This document shows, piece after piece, positions 21,137 through 31,113 of a stretch of DNA of 64,000 nucleotides. Position 1 is the first letter of the stretch. The number at the start of each line of letters is the position of its first letter. The translations under genes were made by a program, and so were the position numbers. This stretch comes from Promethearchaeota archaeon. Lineage in GTDB: Archaea; Asgardarchaeota; Lokiarchaeia; Sigyniarchaeales; SOKP01. Under the pieces are notes generated by a model. The model saw only the letters and a list, made by a program, of their open reading frames with translations. It searched no databases and had not been told where the DNA came from. The stretch is taken from the NCBI GenBank assembly GCA_019057795.1, contig JAHLWS010000021.1, positions 1 through 64,000 of the forward strand, given 5' to 3'.

Positions 21137-22456
21137 TTGCCCACATTAATGAAAATCGCTCGAGATGGTAAAATCACCAAAGAAATGGAGTTAGTTGCAA
21201 AAAAAGAACAAGTAGATGTAGAATTCCTCCGAAAAGGAATCGCAAAAGGCCGTATTATTGTTCCAAAATCCAATAAACGCGATATCGAACCTATTGGCAT
21301 CGGTGAAGGTTTGTTAGTAAAAATTAACGCCAATATAGGCTCCAGCAAGCGAGTGTGTGATATTAACGAAGAATTAGAAAAAGCCAAGATCGCTGTAAAA
21401 TATGGGGCAGATACCGTCATGGACTTAAGCACCGGAGTAACCGAGGACGATGTGAAAACCATTCGAAAACAAATTTTAAAAGAAATTAAAGTCCCAATAG
21501 GAACGGTTCCTATTTACCAATCCGCGTTAAGAGCGTTAGAAAAAAAAGGAGCTATTATAAACTTTGACGAAGATGACCTCTTTAACGTAGTAGAAGAACA
21601 GGCCAAAGAAGGCGTGGACTTTTTTACGATTCATGTTGGAATTACGAAAGAGATAATAAATTACCTAAAAGATCATCCGAGAACTATGGGAGTAGTATCT
21701 CGCGGAGGGACTTTTTTAGCCGCATGGATACTTGAGAACGATTTAGAAAACCCATTTAATCGAAATTACGATTATTTATTAGATATGGCTAAGGAGTATG
21801 ATTTCACTCTCTCACTTGGAGACGGCATGAGGCCTGGAAGTATATTTGATTCCACTGATTACGCTCAGATTCAAGAACTTATGGAAATATCTAAATTAGT
21901 AAAGCGCGCTTGGGTACATAATGTTCAAGTAATGGTGGAAGGTCCAGGGCATATACCCGCTAATGAGATCGAACGCAACATCAAAATAATGAAATCTTTA
22001 TGCAATAATGCACCTTTTTATGTTTTAGGACCACTTGTGACCGATATCGCTCCAGGTTACGATCACCTGGTAAGCGCTATTGGGGGAGTAATGGCAGGAT
22101 TAGCTGGTGCCGATTATCTCTGTTATGTTACGCCCTCTGAACATTTAGCATTACCCAATAAGGAAGAAGTTAAAAGAGGAACAATTGCTTGTAAAATAGC
22201 AGCTCATGCAGTAAATATCGCGAAATACGGTAAGAGGGCATCAGATTGGGATTACAAAATGGATATTGCCCGAAAAAACCTAGATTGGGAAGGAATGATA
22301 AAATACTCAATCGATCCAGAATTATCTCGTGAGATTCATTATAGAAATGGGAGTGTTGGCGATGATGATGATGTATGCAGTATGTGTGGCGAATTTTGCG
22401 CGATAAAAATCTTAAAGGACGCTTTGGAAAAAAAAGCTTCAAAAAATATATTATAA
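21137..22456 (+). CDS. thiC: Phosphomethylpyrimidine synthase
   Basis: KINANIG, GADTVMDLSTG, SRGG, LGDGMRPG, EGPGH, YVTPSEHL and C-terminal CSMCGEFC. Confidence 0.92.
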   Translation: MPTLMKIARDGKITKEMELVAKKEQVDVEFLRKGIAKGRIIVPKSNKRDIEPIGIGEGLLVKINANIGSSKRVCDINEELEKAKIAVKYGADTVMDLSTGVTEDDVKTIRKQILKEIKVPIGTVPIYQSALRALEKKGAIINFDEDDLFNVVEEQAKEGVDFFTIHVGITKEIINYLKDHPRTMGVVSRGGTFLAAWILENDLENPFNRNYDYLLDMAKEYDFTLSLGDGMRPGSIFDSTDYAQIQELMEISKLVKRAWVHNVQVMVEGPGHIPANEIERNIKIMKSLCNNAPFYVLGPLVTDIAPGYDHLVSAIGGVMAGLAGADYLCYVTPSEHLALPNKEEVKRGTIACKIAAHAVNIAKYGKRASDWDYKMDIARKNLDWEGMIKYSIDPELSREIHYRNGSVGDDDDVCSMCGEFCAIKILKDALEKKASKNIL

Positions 22457-22464
22457 ATCTAATT

Positions 22465-23871
22465 CTAAGATACTATTTCTATAATTTTACTGAGTTTTTC
22501 TATCATATCTTTTGAATTTTTACTAAATAATCTAATTATCGGTTCCTTCCCCATTGCTCCTTTATCCCAAATAATATCTGGTATTTTACCTTTACTAGCA
22601 ATACTTTCTTTAATTAACCATTGCATAGTTGAAAATTCTTGTTTTTTAATCTTTTCCGGTTGATCTTCTCTGATTATCTCCTGTAATTCTAAATCAGTGT
22701 TTTGCTGAATTAAATCTATCCAGTTTGGATTATATTTAAGATTCATTACGTAATTAATTGAGTTATCGAATTCTTTTGCCGAAAGTATCAATCGAGCAGT
22801 ATGATCTGTGACACCAAACTTTATTTCTCCGGAAGCTTGTGGATAACCATTGATAATTGTAATTCTACCTTCAATACCCGCGATGTCCTCTTTTATAGTA
22901 GCGTTAGGTAGGGACCCAGATATATTCATTCTAACTTCAGGAATTAATTTGCTAAATTTTTTCAATCTGGAGATAAAATTGTAAATCTCCTTAATTTGAT
23001 TTATAACTTCCACTCTTTCTTCTGAAATAGTTAGATCAATTACTTTACCTTTATTGGGTAATTCAACAAACTTCTGAAATTTAGCATCAAAAAAACTTTC
23101 TGCTTTTTCAATAGCCATAGCTAATGGATTTCCTCTAGCAAGAAAAGCAGTTATAGCAGAAGAAAAAACACATCCCGTTCCGTGGACATTTCCATTATCC
23201 AAAAAAGATAGTTTTGGCTTCTGATATAATGTAAATTCATAATTTTTATTGGAACCTATTCCTTTACTAATACATACTAGATCGAAAATCTCTCCCTGTT
23301 TAGTTCCTGCACTTTTAATAACAACTGCTTTCTCCGTATCCAATGCCTGATTTTCAGAATATAACTTTTTTACCAATATTATTGCTGCTTCTTTAAGTTC
23401 AGCAATATTTTCTATAGTTTTATTTGATAAATCTCGATTCGCATAAAAACTGGCTTCATTTATATTTGGTGTAAGGATTTTTATGTACGGAAACAAACTT
23501 CTTTCTATTTCTAATTCGAATCCTTCACTCGAGAGCCTTTCACCCGCGCTAGAAATACAAACAGGGTCTAAAACAACAATTAAATCGTGTTGTCTTACTA
23601 CATCTACGATAATGTCTAATGTTTTGGCATCTGGTATCATCCCTATCTTTACAAATCTAACAGGATAAGAAGTAAAAATAGCATCTAGCTGTTTATTTAA
23701 ATCATCTGAAAGAGATTTATATCCATAAAATTCTGTTGCTGATTGATAAGTAATAGCCGTTATTACCGAAAAAGGGTGTACTCCACACCTATCAAATGTT
23801 CTAATGTCCGCTTGAATTCCTGCTCCACATGTAGAGTCTGAACCTGCAATAGTTAAACAAAAAAGTTTCAT
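22465..23871 (-). CDS. thiDN: Bifunctional HMP/HMP-P kinase - thiamine-phosphate synthase (ThiDN)
   Basis: IAGSDSTCGAGIQAD and HGTGC in the ThiD part. LIPEVRMNI, AGIEGRI and GKEP in the ThiN part. Confidence 0.88.
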   Translation of the reverse strand: MKLFCLTIAGSDSTCGAGIQADIRTFDRCGVHPFSVITAITYQSATEFYGYKSLSDDLNKQLDAIFTSYPVRFVKIGMIPDAKTLDIIVDVVRQHDLIVVLDPVCISSAGERLSSEGFELEIERSLFPYIKILTPNINEASFYANRDLSNKTIENIAELKEAAIILVKKLYSENQALDTEKAVVIKSAGTKQGEIFDLVCISKGIGSNKNYEFTLYQKPKLSFLDNGNVHGTGCVFSSAITAFLARGNPLAMAIEKAESFFDAKFQKFVELPNKGKVIDLTISEERVEVINQIKEIYNFISRLKKFSKLIPEVRMNISGSLPNATIKEDIAGIEGRITIINGYPQASGEIKFGVTDHTARLILSAKEFDNSINYVMNLKYNPNWIDLIQQNTDLELQEIIREDQPEKIKKQEFSTMQWLIKESIASKGKIPDIIWDKGAMGKEPIIRLFSKNSKDMIEKLSKIIEIVS

Positions 23872-23897
23872 TTTATATTATTAGTAAAAATCAAAAA

Positions 23898-24473
23898 TTA
23901 ATTAACTCTATCATACGCCCATTTGGCCTGATCTTTTAAACCTATGGCTTCATAGGATTTTCCAAGATATAAAAACCCTTCTGGATAGTCATATTTTTCT
24001 TTTACTAATTTAGTTAATAAGTTAATTGACATATCATAACGACCTCTCAAGTAATTAATCTTTCCCTTTAAAAACAAAAGGTTTTGACTTTTTTGATTTG
24101 AAGTGGTATCGTTATCATGTAAATCTAACCTTGATAGAGCATACTCGTATTCTTTCGCATCCATTAATACCTCAATAGATTCAATAAATTTCAGAAATAT
24201 CATTTTTTCAGCAATTTTCCCCATTTGTTTGATTTTTTCTTGTTTTAGTTCACTTTCTAAAGCTTCTTGTTTTTCTTGCTCTTTTTGCTGAATAAAATCT
24301 TTAAAGCCTTCAATAACGTGATTTGAGTACGGCTCTCTACATAAAGGACAGTTTGAAGCGTGAAGCAACCATTCTTTCAAGCAATCGGTATGAGTGGGAT
24401 GTCCGTTAGGGCACTCCTGAGAAGAATCTACTCCTTCAATAATTTCCAAATGACAAATAATACAAGTAGCCAT
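23898..24473 (-). CDS. RING-H2 zinc finger + coiled coil + TPR protein (candidate E3 ligase)
   Basis: CIIC-x13-CPNGHPTHTDC-x3-W-x6-CPLCR, followed by C-terminal TPRs (GFLYLGKSYEAIG). Confidence 0.8.
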   Translation of the reverse strand: MATCIICHLEIIEGVDSSQECPNGHPTHTDCLKEWLLHASNCPLCREPYSNHVIEGFKDFIQQKEQEKQEALESELKQEKIKQMGKIAEKMIFLKFIESIEVLMDAKEYEYALSRLDLHDNDTTSNQKSQNLLFLKGKINYLRGRYDMSINLLTKLVKEKYDYPEGFLYLGKSYEAIGLKDQAKWAYDRVN

Positions 24474-24545
24474 AGCAATCAGAAAACTATTTAATAAAAA
24501 TTTTATAATAATATAAAATTATTACTTTTAAACCTAGGTTTTTAT

Positions 24546-24577
24546 TAATCTTGAATCCATAATAATCTTGAATCCAT
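24546..24577 (+). repeat. 15-bp tandem direct repeat in the divergent promoter region
   Basis: TAATCTTGAATCCAT at 24546-24560 and 24563-24577, ending just before ATG 24579. Confidence 0.9.
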
Positions 24578-24578
24578 C

Positions 24579-26165
24579 ATGTCTATAAATAAAAAACGAC
24601 TTTTTAATGAACTTCTTACTAACTTTTTGCTTATTAATGAAGATGTAGAGGCTCTAATTGTATCTGATCGCGAAGGTTTTATTATAGCTGGTCAAAAAAA
24701 AGCAAGCACTGATATGGAATTAGTATCTGTTTTAACCGCATTAATAAATCCACTTTTAGAAAGAATGCGAGAAGAATTTGCCTTTAAAAAGTTTGGATCA
24801 GCTAGTTTTGACACCGAAAAAAATCGATTGCTCTTTATTTCTATAGACGAGAATATCACTCTTAGCGTAGTTTTAGACGTTTTAGCTTCTGTTGATAATA
24901 TTAGCCCATATGCTTATTTTCTAGCAGAAAAAACTGCTCAAATCATATTTGCAAACGAAGGCGATTTAATTCAAGTTAATATACCGAATTTTGAAACAGA
25001 ATCTACTACTTCTGATAGTACTGGTAGAATAAAAGAACAAATATACCAACTCCGTTTAGATTCGGGAGGAATATACAAATTTAAATTTATAATAATCGGC
25101 GATAGTTCAGTGGGAAAAACTTCCATTATAAGAAGGTTTGTTGAAAATAAATTTTCTCTCGATTATCGGGCAACCTTAGGGCTTAATGTGTTAGCTCACT
25201 CAATTAAATTTTATGGAAATGAAGTATCTTTATCACTTTGGGATGTAGGCGCACAAGATTACTTTAAACGCTTTAGAAAGACTTATTATATGGGCGCGCA
25301 AGCTGCTTTCATCGTGTTCGATGTTTGTAAAAGAGATTCCTTTGTAAATGTGAAAGTATGGTACAAAGAACTAGAAGATTTTCTCGATAAAAAAAATTTT
25401 CCAATAGTAATTGTAGGTAATAAAATAGATTTAGCAGATCAGAGAAGCGTCACATACCAAGAGGGTATTGAGCTAGGTGAAGAGCTCAAAAAGGAGAATA
25501 TTGAAGGCCACTTCTCTTACATTGAAACTAGCGCATTAACCGGTGAAAATGTGGAAGATGCGTTTAGCTTAATAGCTTACCATTATATAATGAAGAGCAA
25601 AGAGAGAGAGGAGCAAAAGTTAAAAGAGAGCTTAATGGATCAAATCAATTCGTTATTAAATAAAAGAGGAAAATTAACCCTCTCTTTTATTACTGAAAAC
25701 CCATACTGGAGCCCCGGATTGCAGATCCTAAATGATGTGAATATATTATGTGAGTGTGAAAAACTAATAGGTGATAAAGATAAAAGATTGTATAAATACT
25801 CCAACGGGCTAATTATTAAGAATTTTTCATTAGATAACATAGATATTAAAGATTCTGATGGAGTTTTCGTTATATTTGAAGCTCGAGGTAAGAAGCATAT
25901 CGAACCAAAGTGGAAAGAAGTTGTTATTAATATAATCCAAAACCTTGGCGAAAATAAAGTTGCACTAATAGGTATAAGAGTATCTGGTCAGAGTGATTGG
26001 TCAAATATTATAGAAGAATTTAATGTTAACGAATATCTAGAAAAAAGTATGATCTCTCTTTTATTTTTTAGGATTGGTTTCGAGTATCGCTTGGAAATCT
26101 ACGACCAACTTGAAGTAATGTTTAGCACCATCATAAACCTCAAAAATTTTCTCAAATATTTCTAA
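24579..26165 (+). CDS. Roadblock-domain + Rab-like small GTPase + degenerate G-like domain (paralog 1)
   Basis: Roadblock DVEALIVSDREGFIIAG, G1 GDSSVGKTS, G2 ATLG, G3 WDVGAQ, G4 NKID, G5 TSAL. Confidence 0.88.
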   Translation: MSINKKRLFNELLTNFLLINEDVEALIVSDREGFIIAGQKKASTDMELVSVLTALINPLLERMREEFAFKKFGSASFDTEKNRLLFISIDENITLSVVLDVLASVDNISPYAYFLAEKTAQIIFANEGDLIQVNIPNFETESTTSDSTGRIKEQIYQLRLDSGGIYKFKFIIIGDSSVGKTSIIRRFVENKFSLDYRATLGLNVLAHSIKFYGNEVSLSLWDVGAQDYFKRFRKTYYMGAQAAFIVFDVCKRDSFVNVKVWYKELEDFLDKKNFPIVIVGNKIDLADQRSVTYQEGIELGEELKKENIEGHFSYIETSALTGENVEDAFSLIAYHYIMKSKEREEQKLKESLMDQINSLLNKRGKLTLSFITENPYWSPGLQILNDVNILCECEKLIGDKDKRLYKYSNGLIIKNFSLDNIDIKDSDGVFVIFEARGKKHIEPKWKEVVINIIQNLGENKVALIGIRVSGQSDWSNIIEEFNVNEYLEKSMISLLFFRIGFEYRLEIYDQLEVMFSTIINLKNFLKYF

Positions 26166-26265
26166 TTATAAATTTAAATAGCTACTTTTAAAAACAAGTT
26201 ATATTATAATAATGATAAATACAAATTCCGTATTGAATTCAATATTATTTTAAAGGTAGATTTGA

Positions 26266-27822
26266 TTGATTATTAACAGAAATCAACTTTTTAACGAGAT
26301 TTTAAATAATTTTTTAGAAAGATTTACAGATGTTGAAGCAATTATCGTTTCCGATATCGAAGGATTTGTTATTGCGGGAGAAAAAAGAAAAGATATTGAT
26401 GTCGAAATTGTATCTGTTTTAACTACACTAATAAAACCGATTTTAGAAAGGATACGAAATGATTTCTCTTTTAAGAAATTTGGAACTGCTGCGTTTGATA
26501 CAGACGAGTATCGTCTCCTATTTGTCACTATTGACGAAGAGAGAATATTAAGTATAATTTTTAACAGTATGGCGTCAGTAGAAAAGGTCTCACCATATAC
26601 ATACTTTTTAGCTGAGAAATCAGCTCAAATATTGAACGCCCAAACGGGCGATTTAGTTCAATTGGCAATTCCCGATTTTGATAATGAAGCTGAAAGACAT
26701 GAAAGGTTAAAAGCATCAATATGTCAATCGGAATTCATTGAATGCGGTAATTATGCCTTTAAGTTCGTAATTGTTGGTGATCATACGGTTGGAAAAACAT
26801 CATTGATTCGACAATTTGTAGAGCGCAAGTTTTCACACGATTATAGAGCCACTATTGGCCTAAATATTTTAGCACATAATTTTGACTTTCAAGGAAACGA
26901 AATTTCAGTTTCGCTCTGGGATATTGGTGCCCAACAATATTTTAAACGTTTTCGCAAGATATACTATGCTGGCGCGGAGGCTGCGTTCATCGTTTTTGAT
27001 CTTACTAAAAGAGAATCTTTTGAAAATGTAAAGAGTTGGTATGAAGAAATATCTGAACTTATCAAAGAAATAGATATTCCCTTAGTGGTTATTGGTAACA
27101 AAAGCGATTTGACCGAAAATCGATTAATATCTACCGAAGAAGGAGAAGAATTAGCCAAATCGTTATCTGAACATGGTTCATCCTATATAGAAACGAGTGC
27201 ACTTACGGGAAATAATGTTAAAGACGCTTTTGAATTAATTGCTTATCATTATATCGTAAAAAGTAAAAAAAAGGAAAAGGATAGAATCAAAGATGGTTTA
27301 ATAGAAACGATTGAATCCGCTTTAAAAGAGTTGATTATATTGGAATTAACTTTTATTACTTATAGCTTTAGTTGGAACCCTGGATTCCATACTATATTGG
27401 ATATCGAAAAACTAGGAGATTTTTCTAAGATAAAAGATAGTAGCGAAGAAAAATTATTCACTTATAAGAACGGAGTGATCTTAAGTAGTTATCTTTACGA
27501 TAAATTTAACCTTTCTAATTCTGACGGTATTTTTTGTATATTCGACGCTAGAGATAAAGAACACATCGATCCTAAGTGGAAGGAGGTTTTAATTCAAATT
27601 ATTCAAAAAATTAGAAAAAAACGAACAATTATCGTTGGAGTTCGAGTTTCTGAGGACCAAAACTGGTCCCAATTAATGGAAGAACTTGTTATTGACGAAG
27701 ATTTAGAAGAAAAGGTTGTATCGATAGTGTTTCTCAAAATTGGTTCTGATTACAGAGAAAAAATACACGATTACCTTAAGCTCTGGTTAAACGCAATAGT
27801 TAACACGAGAAACTTAAAATAA
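26266..27822 (+). CDS. Roadblock-domain + Rab-like small GTPase + degenerate G-like domain (paralog 2)
   Basis: DVEAIIVSDIEGFVIAG, GDHTVGKTS, ATIG, WDIGAQ, NKSD and TSAL. Collinear with paralog 1. Confidence 0.88.
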   Translation: MIINRNQLFNEILNNFLERFTDVEAIIVSDIEGFVIAGEKRKDIDVEIVSVLTTLIKPILERIRNDFSFKKFGTAAFDTDEYRLLFVTIDEERILSIIFNSMASVEKVSPYTYFLAEKSAQILNAQTGDLVQLAIPDFDNEAERHERLKASICQSEFIECGNYAFKFVIVGDHTVGKTSLIRQFVERKFSHDYRATIGLNILAHNFDFQGNEISVSLWDIGAQQYFKRFRKIYYAGAEAAFIVFDLTKRESFENVKSWYEEISELIKEIDIPLVVIGNKSDLTENRLISTEEGEELAKSLSEHGSSYIETSALTGNNVKDAFELIAYHYIVKSKKKEKDRIKDGLIETIESALKELIILELTFITYSFSWNPGFHTILDIEKLGDFSKIKDSSEEKLFTYKNGVILSSYLYDKFNLSNSDGIFCIFDARDKEHIDPKWKEVLIQIIQKIRKKRTIIVGVRVSEDQNWSQLMEELVIDEDLEEKVVSIVFLKIGSDYREKIHDYLKLWLNAIVNTRNLK

Positions 27823-27829
27823 TAAAATA

Positions 27830-28894
27830 TTACTTTTTCAACCTATTTTTTAATAGTTTGGCGATTAAATCGCCCATTTCCTCGGTTGAGAAAGTTTTTA
27901 ATTTTTCACTTTTTATATCTACAGTTCTACCTTCCTTAAGGGCTTCTTCTACTGCTTTATCAACTTCGTTTCCTATTTCAAGTGAATTAAACGACTCCTG
28001 CAGCATTAATTTTACGCTTAATATAGTACCAATAGGGTTAGCTATGCCTTTTCCGGCGATATCAAGCGCAGAACCGTGAATGGGCTCATACATAGATACT
28101 TTTCCAGGATTAATATTCCCGCTGGAAGCCATCCCTAAACTCCCTATAAGAAATGCTCCTTCGTCACTAATTATGTCTCCAAACATATTTCCCGTTACAA
28201 CCGTTTGAAATTTGTATGGTGCTCGAATAAGCCATTGACAATACGCGTCAACGTAAATATCTTCTTTTTGGATTTTTGGATAGTTTTCACCTATTTCGTG
28301 AAATATTTTGCGCCACAATTGACTAGTCATTAAAAGGTTTGCTTTATCAACAGAAGTAATTTTGCTGTGCCCCTTTTTTTTGGCAAATTCAAACGCATAT
28401 TTTATTATTCGTTCACAGCCTTTTCTGGTGTAAAGCATTAGATTCTGAGCAGAATTCTCGTCTATATTCCCTATATTTTTATAGAGACCTTCAGTATTTT
28501 CCCTTACAAAAGTGATATCTATCCCACTACCTATAAATTCGTCTTTCAATGGACATTTCTCGCGAAGTATGTCGTATAGTTTAATTGGTCTTAAATTAAC
28601 GTATAAATCTAATCCTTGTCTTATCTTCATTATTGCGCTTTCCGCTACTCCAAAAGGTAAATCAGGTAATCCTATGGCGCCAAATAATAACGCATCGGAA
28701 TTCTTAATCGTTTCAAACGATTGTTCAGGAAGGTTGTTCCCAAATTTTTTCCATACTTCCCCTCCCGCTGGTGCTTCTTTGAATTCAAAATCAAACTCAG
28801 TATAACTCGAAATGACTTCGAGGACTTTTACTCCTTCGTTTACAACCTCAGGACCTACGCCGTCCCCCCTGCATACAGAAACGATTTTTTTCAT
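27830..28894 (-). CDS. leuB: 3-isopropylmalate dehydrogenase / beta-decarboxylating dehydrogenase
   Basis: GDGVGPEV, LYVNLRP, RENTEGLY, VDKAN, NMFGDIISD and EPIHGSA. Exact substrate is uncertain. Confidence 0.7.
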   Translation of the reverse strand: MKKIVSVCRGDGVGPEVVNEGVKVLEVISSYTEFDFEFKEAPAGGEVWKKFGNNLPEQSFETIKNSDALLFGAIGLPDLPFGVAESAIMKIRQGLDLYVNLRPIKLYDILREKCPLKDEFIGSGIDITFVRENTEGLYKNIGNIDENSAQNLMLYTRKGCERIIKYAFEFAKKKGHSKITSVDKANLLMTSQLWRKIFHEIGENYPKIQKEDIYVDAYCQWLIRAPYKFQTVVTGNMFGDIISDEGAFLIGSLGMASSGNINPGKVSMYEPIHGSALDIAGKGIANPIGTILSVKLMLQESFNSLEIGNEVDKAVEEALKEGRTVDIKSEKLKTFSTEEMGDLIAKLLKNRLKK

Positions 28895-28991
28895 AAGATT
28901 TCAAGTCAAATAATTTAATTGTGTAAAATAAATTACCAGATGTAATAAAACTTATCAGATCTGGAAAATAAAGAAAAAAAAGTGTTAATTT

Positions 28992-30677
28992 TTAGGCAAA
29001 TGGAAAGAAATTGATCATTATCCACGAGTAAAGAATGCAGAGAAAAACAGTTGAGCCCACGATATTTCTACCCGAATGCATATAAACCCAAGTCACCAAA
29101 ATTTGTTGAATTACCGCCATAATAAATGTTGCAGTTAACGACAAAGATATAAACGATAACATAGAATTAGCAGATCCCCATGTTAAAAGTGCTAGTGGAA
29201 CAGTCACTACGGTTTCCATAAAAATTCCGATAAATACCATGGAAAAGTATTCCTTGAATCTATTTGAAAAGTTAAGTTTACTTTGAACCGTTCTGAAATA
29301 GAACTCTTTAACAAATAACAGTGGAAAGAATATAAATGTTAATCCAATAATCGTTCCTATTTCTCGTGTAGTAGGCCAGCCAGGCGATTGGCTCCAAAAC
29401 GAAATTTTTGTAATTCCTATAATTAGAAATATAGCCGCTACGACCCCAAAAATCAAAGAACTTGTTATATTATTCGATGTAAGTTCTTTAAACTTCATTG
29501 GAAGATCTTTGAGGCTAACTCTTTCTTTTCTAAGAACAAGTAAGGAATAAACTATTAATACTCCCAACGCAAATCCGAAATTAAATGCGAAAATTTGATC
29601 GCCAGCAGAAAAAGTCACAACATCAACAAATAGATCAGCAAAAATCAAGTAGGATAAAAGACTTATTATTCCTATTATAATGGAATATAACAAAAGCAGT
29701 AATAGTGAGGTGTTTTTCGTTAAATCTTTTCTCATATCCATCGTTTTATCTTTCCAAATAAACTTACTTAGATAGATTATAACAACGAAACATAGACAAA
29801 CCGAACCGAATATTGAAATGTAGAAGAATGCATTTTGGAAAACGCTTGTAATAACAATTTCCCACCTTACAGAACCGTAAAATGCTAGTTCAAACCAATT
29901 GACAATCTCGTAAATAATAACTGGGTCTGTTCTTTCATATAAATGCTCGCTAAATGGGCCTAGTGCTACTTTAGTTGCGCTTCCATCTGTAAAATCTCCA
30001 TAAAGAGTATCAAAAGCTAGACCAGTTTGACCCGTATATAATTCTAAGAAATCCAAAGCAGAATCTACCACCATAGCTTGCTCAAACTGTCCTAGAGCAA
30101 CTAATAAATTAGGAATTAGCGTTGCATTTGCTGAGGATGGTATACTACCCATTGAAACAGTTGCGTTAATCTGATTTGGAATCTTCTCTGCTACTCTTCT
30201 GACTGTACCTGCGCCCATTGAGTGCCCCATTAATCCTATCTTATCCACCACCCCTGAATCCTTGAGGTACTGTATTCCCGCCATTACATCCATTTCTAAT
30301 TTTTCGTATCCTTCAGGATCTCTCGATAAATATCCCCCACTTGCTCCATGCCCTCTGAAATCTATGTTGACTACAAGAAAATTTCGTTTTACAAGTTCTA
30401 TACCTATACTATTTAAGGAACCTTTACTCCCACAGTAACCGTGGGCTAACACTACGCCCGGGATGCTACCTGAAGCGGTTAGTGGCGCGTAAATTAAAGC
30501 TTGTATTTCGGTCCCGTCTTCTGAAATTAATGTTTCTTGAGTAATAGTATAAGGATGAGCAGGGTCCGCAAAAAACGTAAAAATTATTAGAGGAACAACT
30601 CCAATAAGAAGTATTATTATGGATATAATCACTCCAGCTCTTTTTTTATCAGCTTTTAAAAATTCTATAATTGACAT
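28992..30677 (-). CDS. Membrane-bound alpha/beta hydrolase
   Basis: N-terminal TM, AHG, DFRGHG, GHSMG nucleophile and a multi-TM C-terminal half. Confidence 0.8.
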   Translation of the reverse strand: MSIIEFLKADKKRAGVIISIIILLIGVVPLIIFTFFADPAHPYTITQETLISEDGTEIQALIYAPLTASGSIPGVVLAHGYCGSKGSLNSIGIELVKRNFLVVNIDFRGHGASGGYLSRDPEGYEKLEMDVMAGIQYLKDSGVVDKIGLMGHSMGAGTVRRVAEKIPNQINATVSMGSIPSSANATLIPNLLVALGQFEQAMVVDSALDFLELYTGQTGLAFDTLYGDFTDGSATKVALGPFSEHLYERTDPVIIYEIVNWFELAFYGSVRWEIVITSVFQNAFFYISIFGSVCLCFVVIIYLSKFIWKDKTMDMRKDLTKNTSLLLLLLYSIIIGIISLLSYLIFADLFVDVVTFSAGDQIFAFNFGFALGVLIVYSLLVLRKERVSLKDLPMKFKELTSNNITSSLIFGVVAAIFLIIGITKISFWSQSPGWPTTREIGTIIGLTFIFFPLLFVKEFYFRTVQSKLNFSNRFKEYFSMVFIGIFMETVVTVPLALLTWGSANSMLSFISLSLTATFIMAVIQQILVTWVYMHSGRNIVGSTVFLCILYSWIMINFFPFA

Positions 30678-31113
30678 TTTTTTAAATAAATGCTTTTGAG
30701 TGATATAACTTTCGAGAATCTAATATTTAAAATTTTCAATCAATTAAGTGATATGTAATCAAAATCAAGAAAGTAACAAAGACTTTGAAAATGTTAACTT
30801 TTATCCAGAAAATATATCAAAATAATAGTATTTTCACCAAAGCTAGCCTATCTTCTCTATGTTTAAACCTGTCTCGTCTACATTTTCCAAAATAAAAAAA
30901 GATCTCTGATCTAACGGCTCAGAAGTATATCTCCCGCTTTTCTTCTCTAACATCGTAATTTTGTCGATTGGAAGAAATTATTAACCGAAACATACTCTAT
31001 CAAAAATATTACGCAAGTTTTAAATATTTAAAAGAAAATATATAATATAATAAGGTTCAAATTGAAAAATGTGAACTTTAGAAAAAAAATATTAAAAAGT
31101 TAAAAGTGGAGGA

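Noticed and set aside
30843-30953. 36-codon minus-strand ORF and small hairpin upstream of the histone gene
   Set aside because: No SD, motif or other support; compatible with chance.
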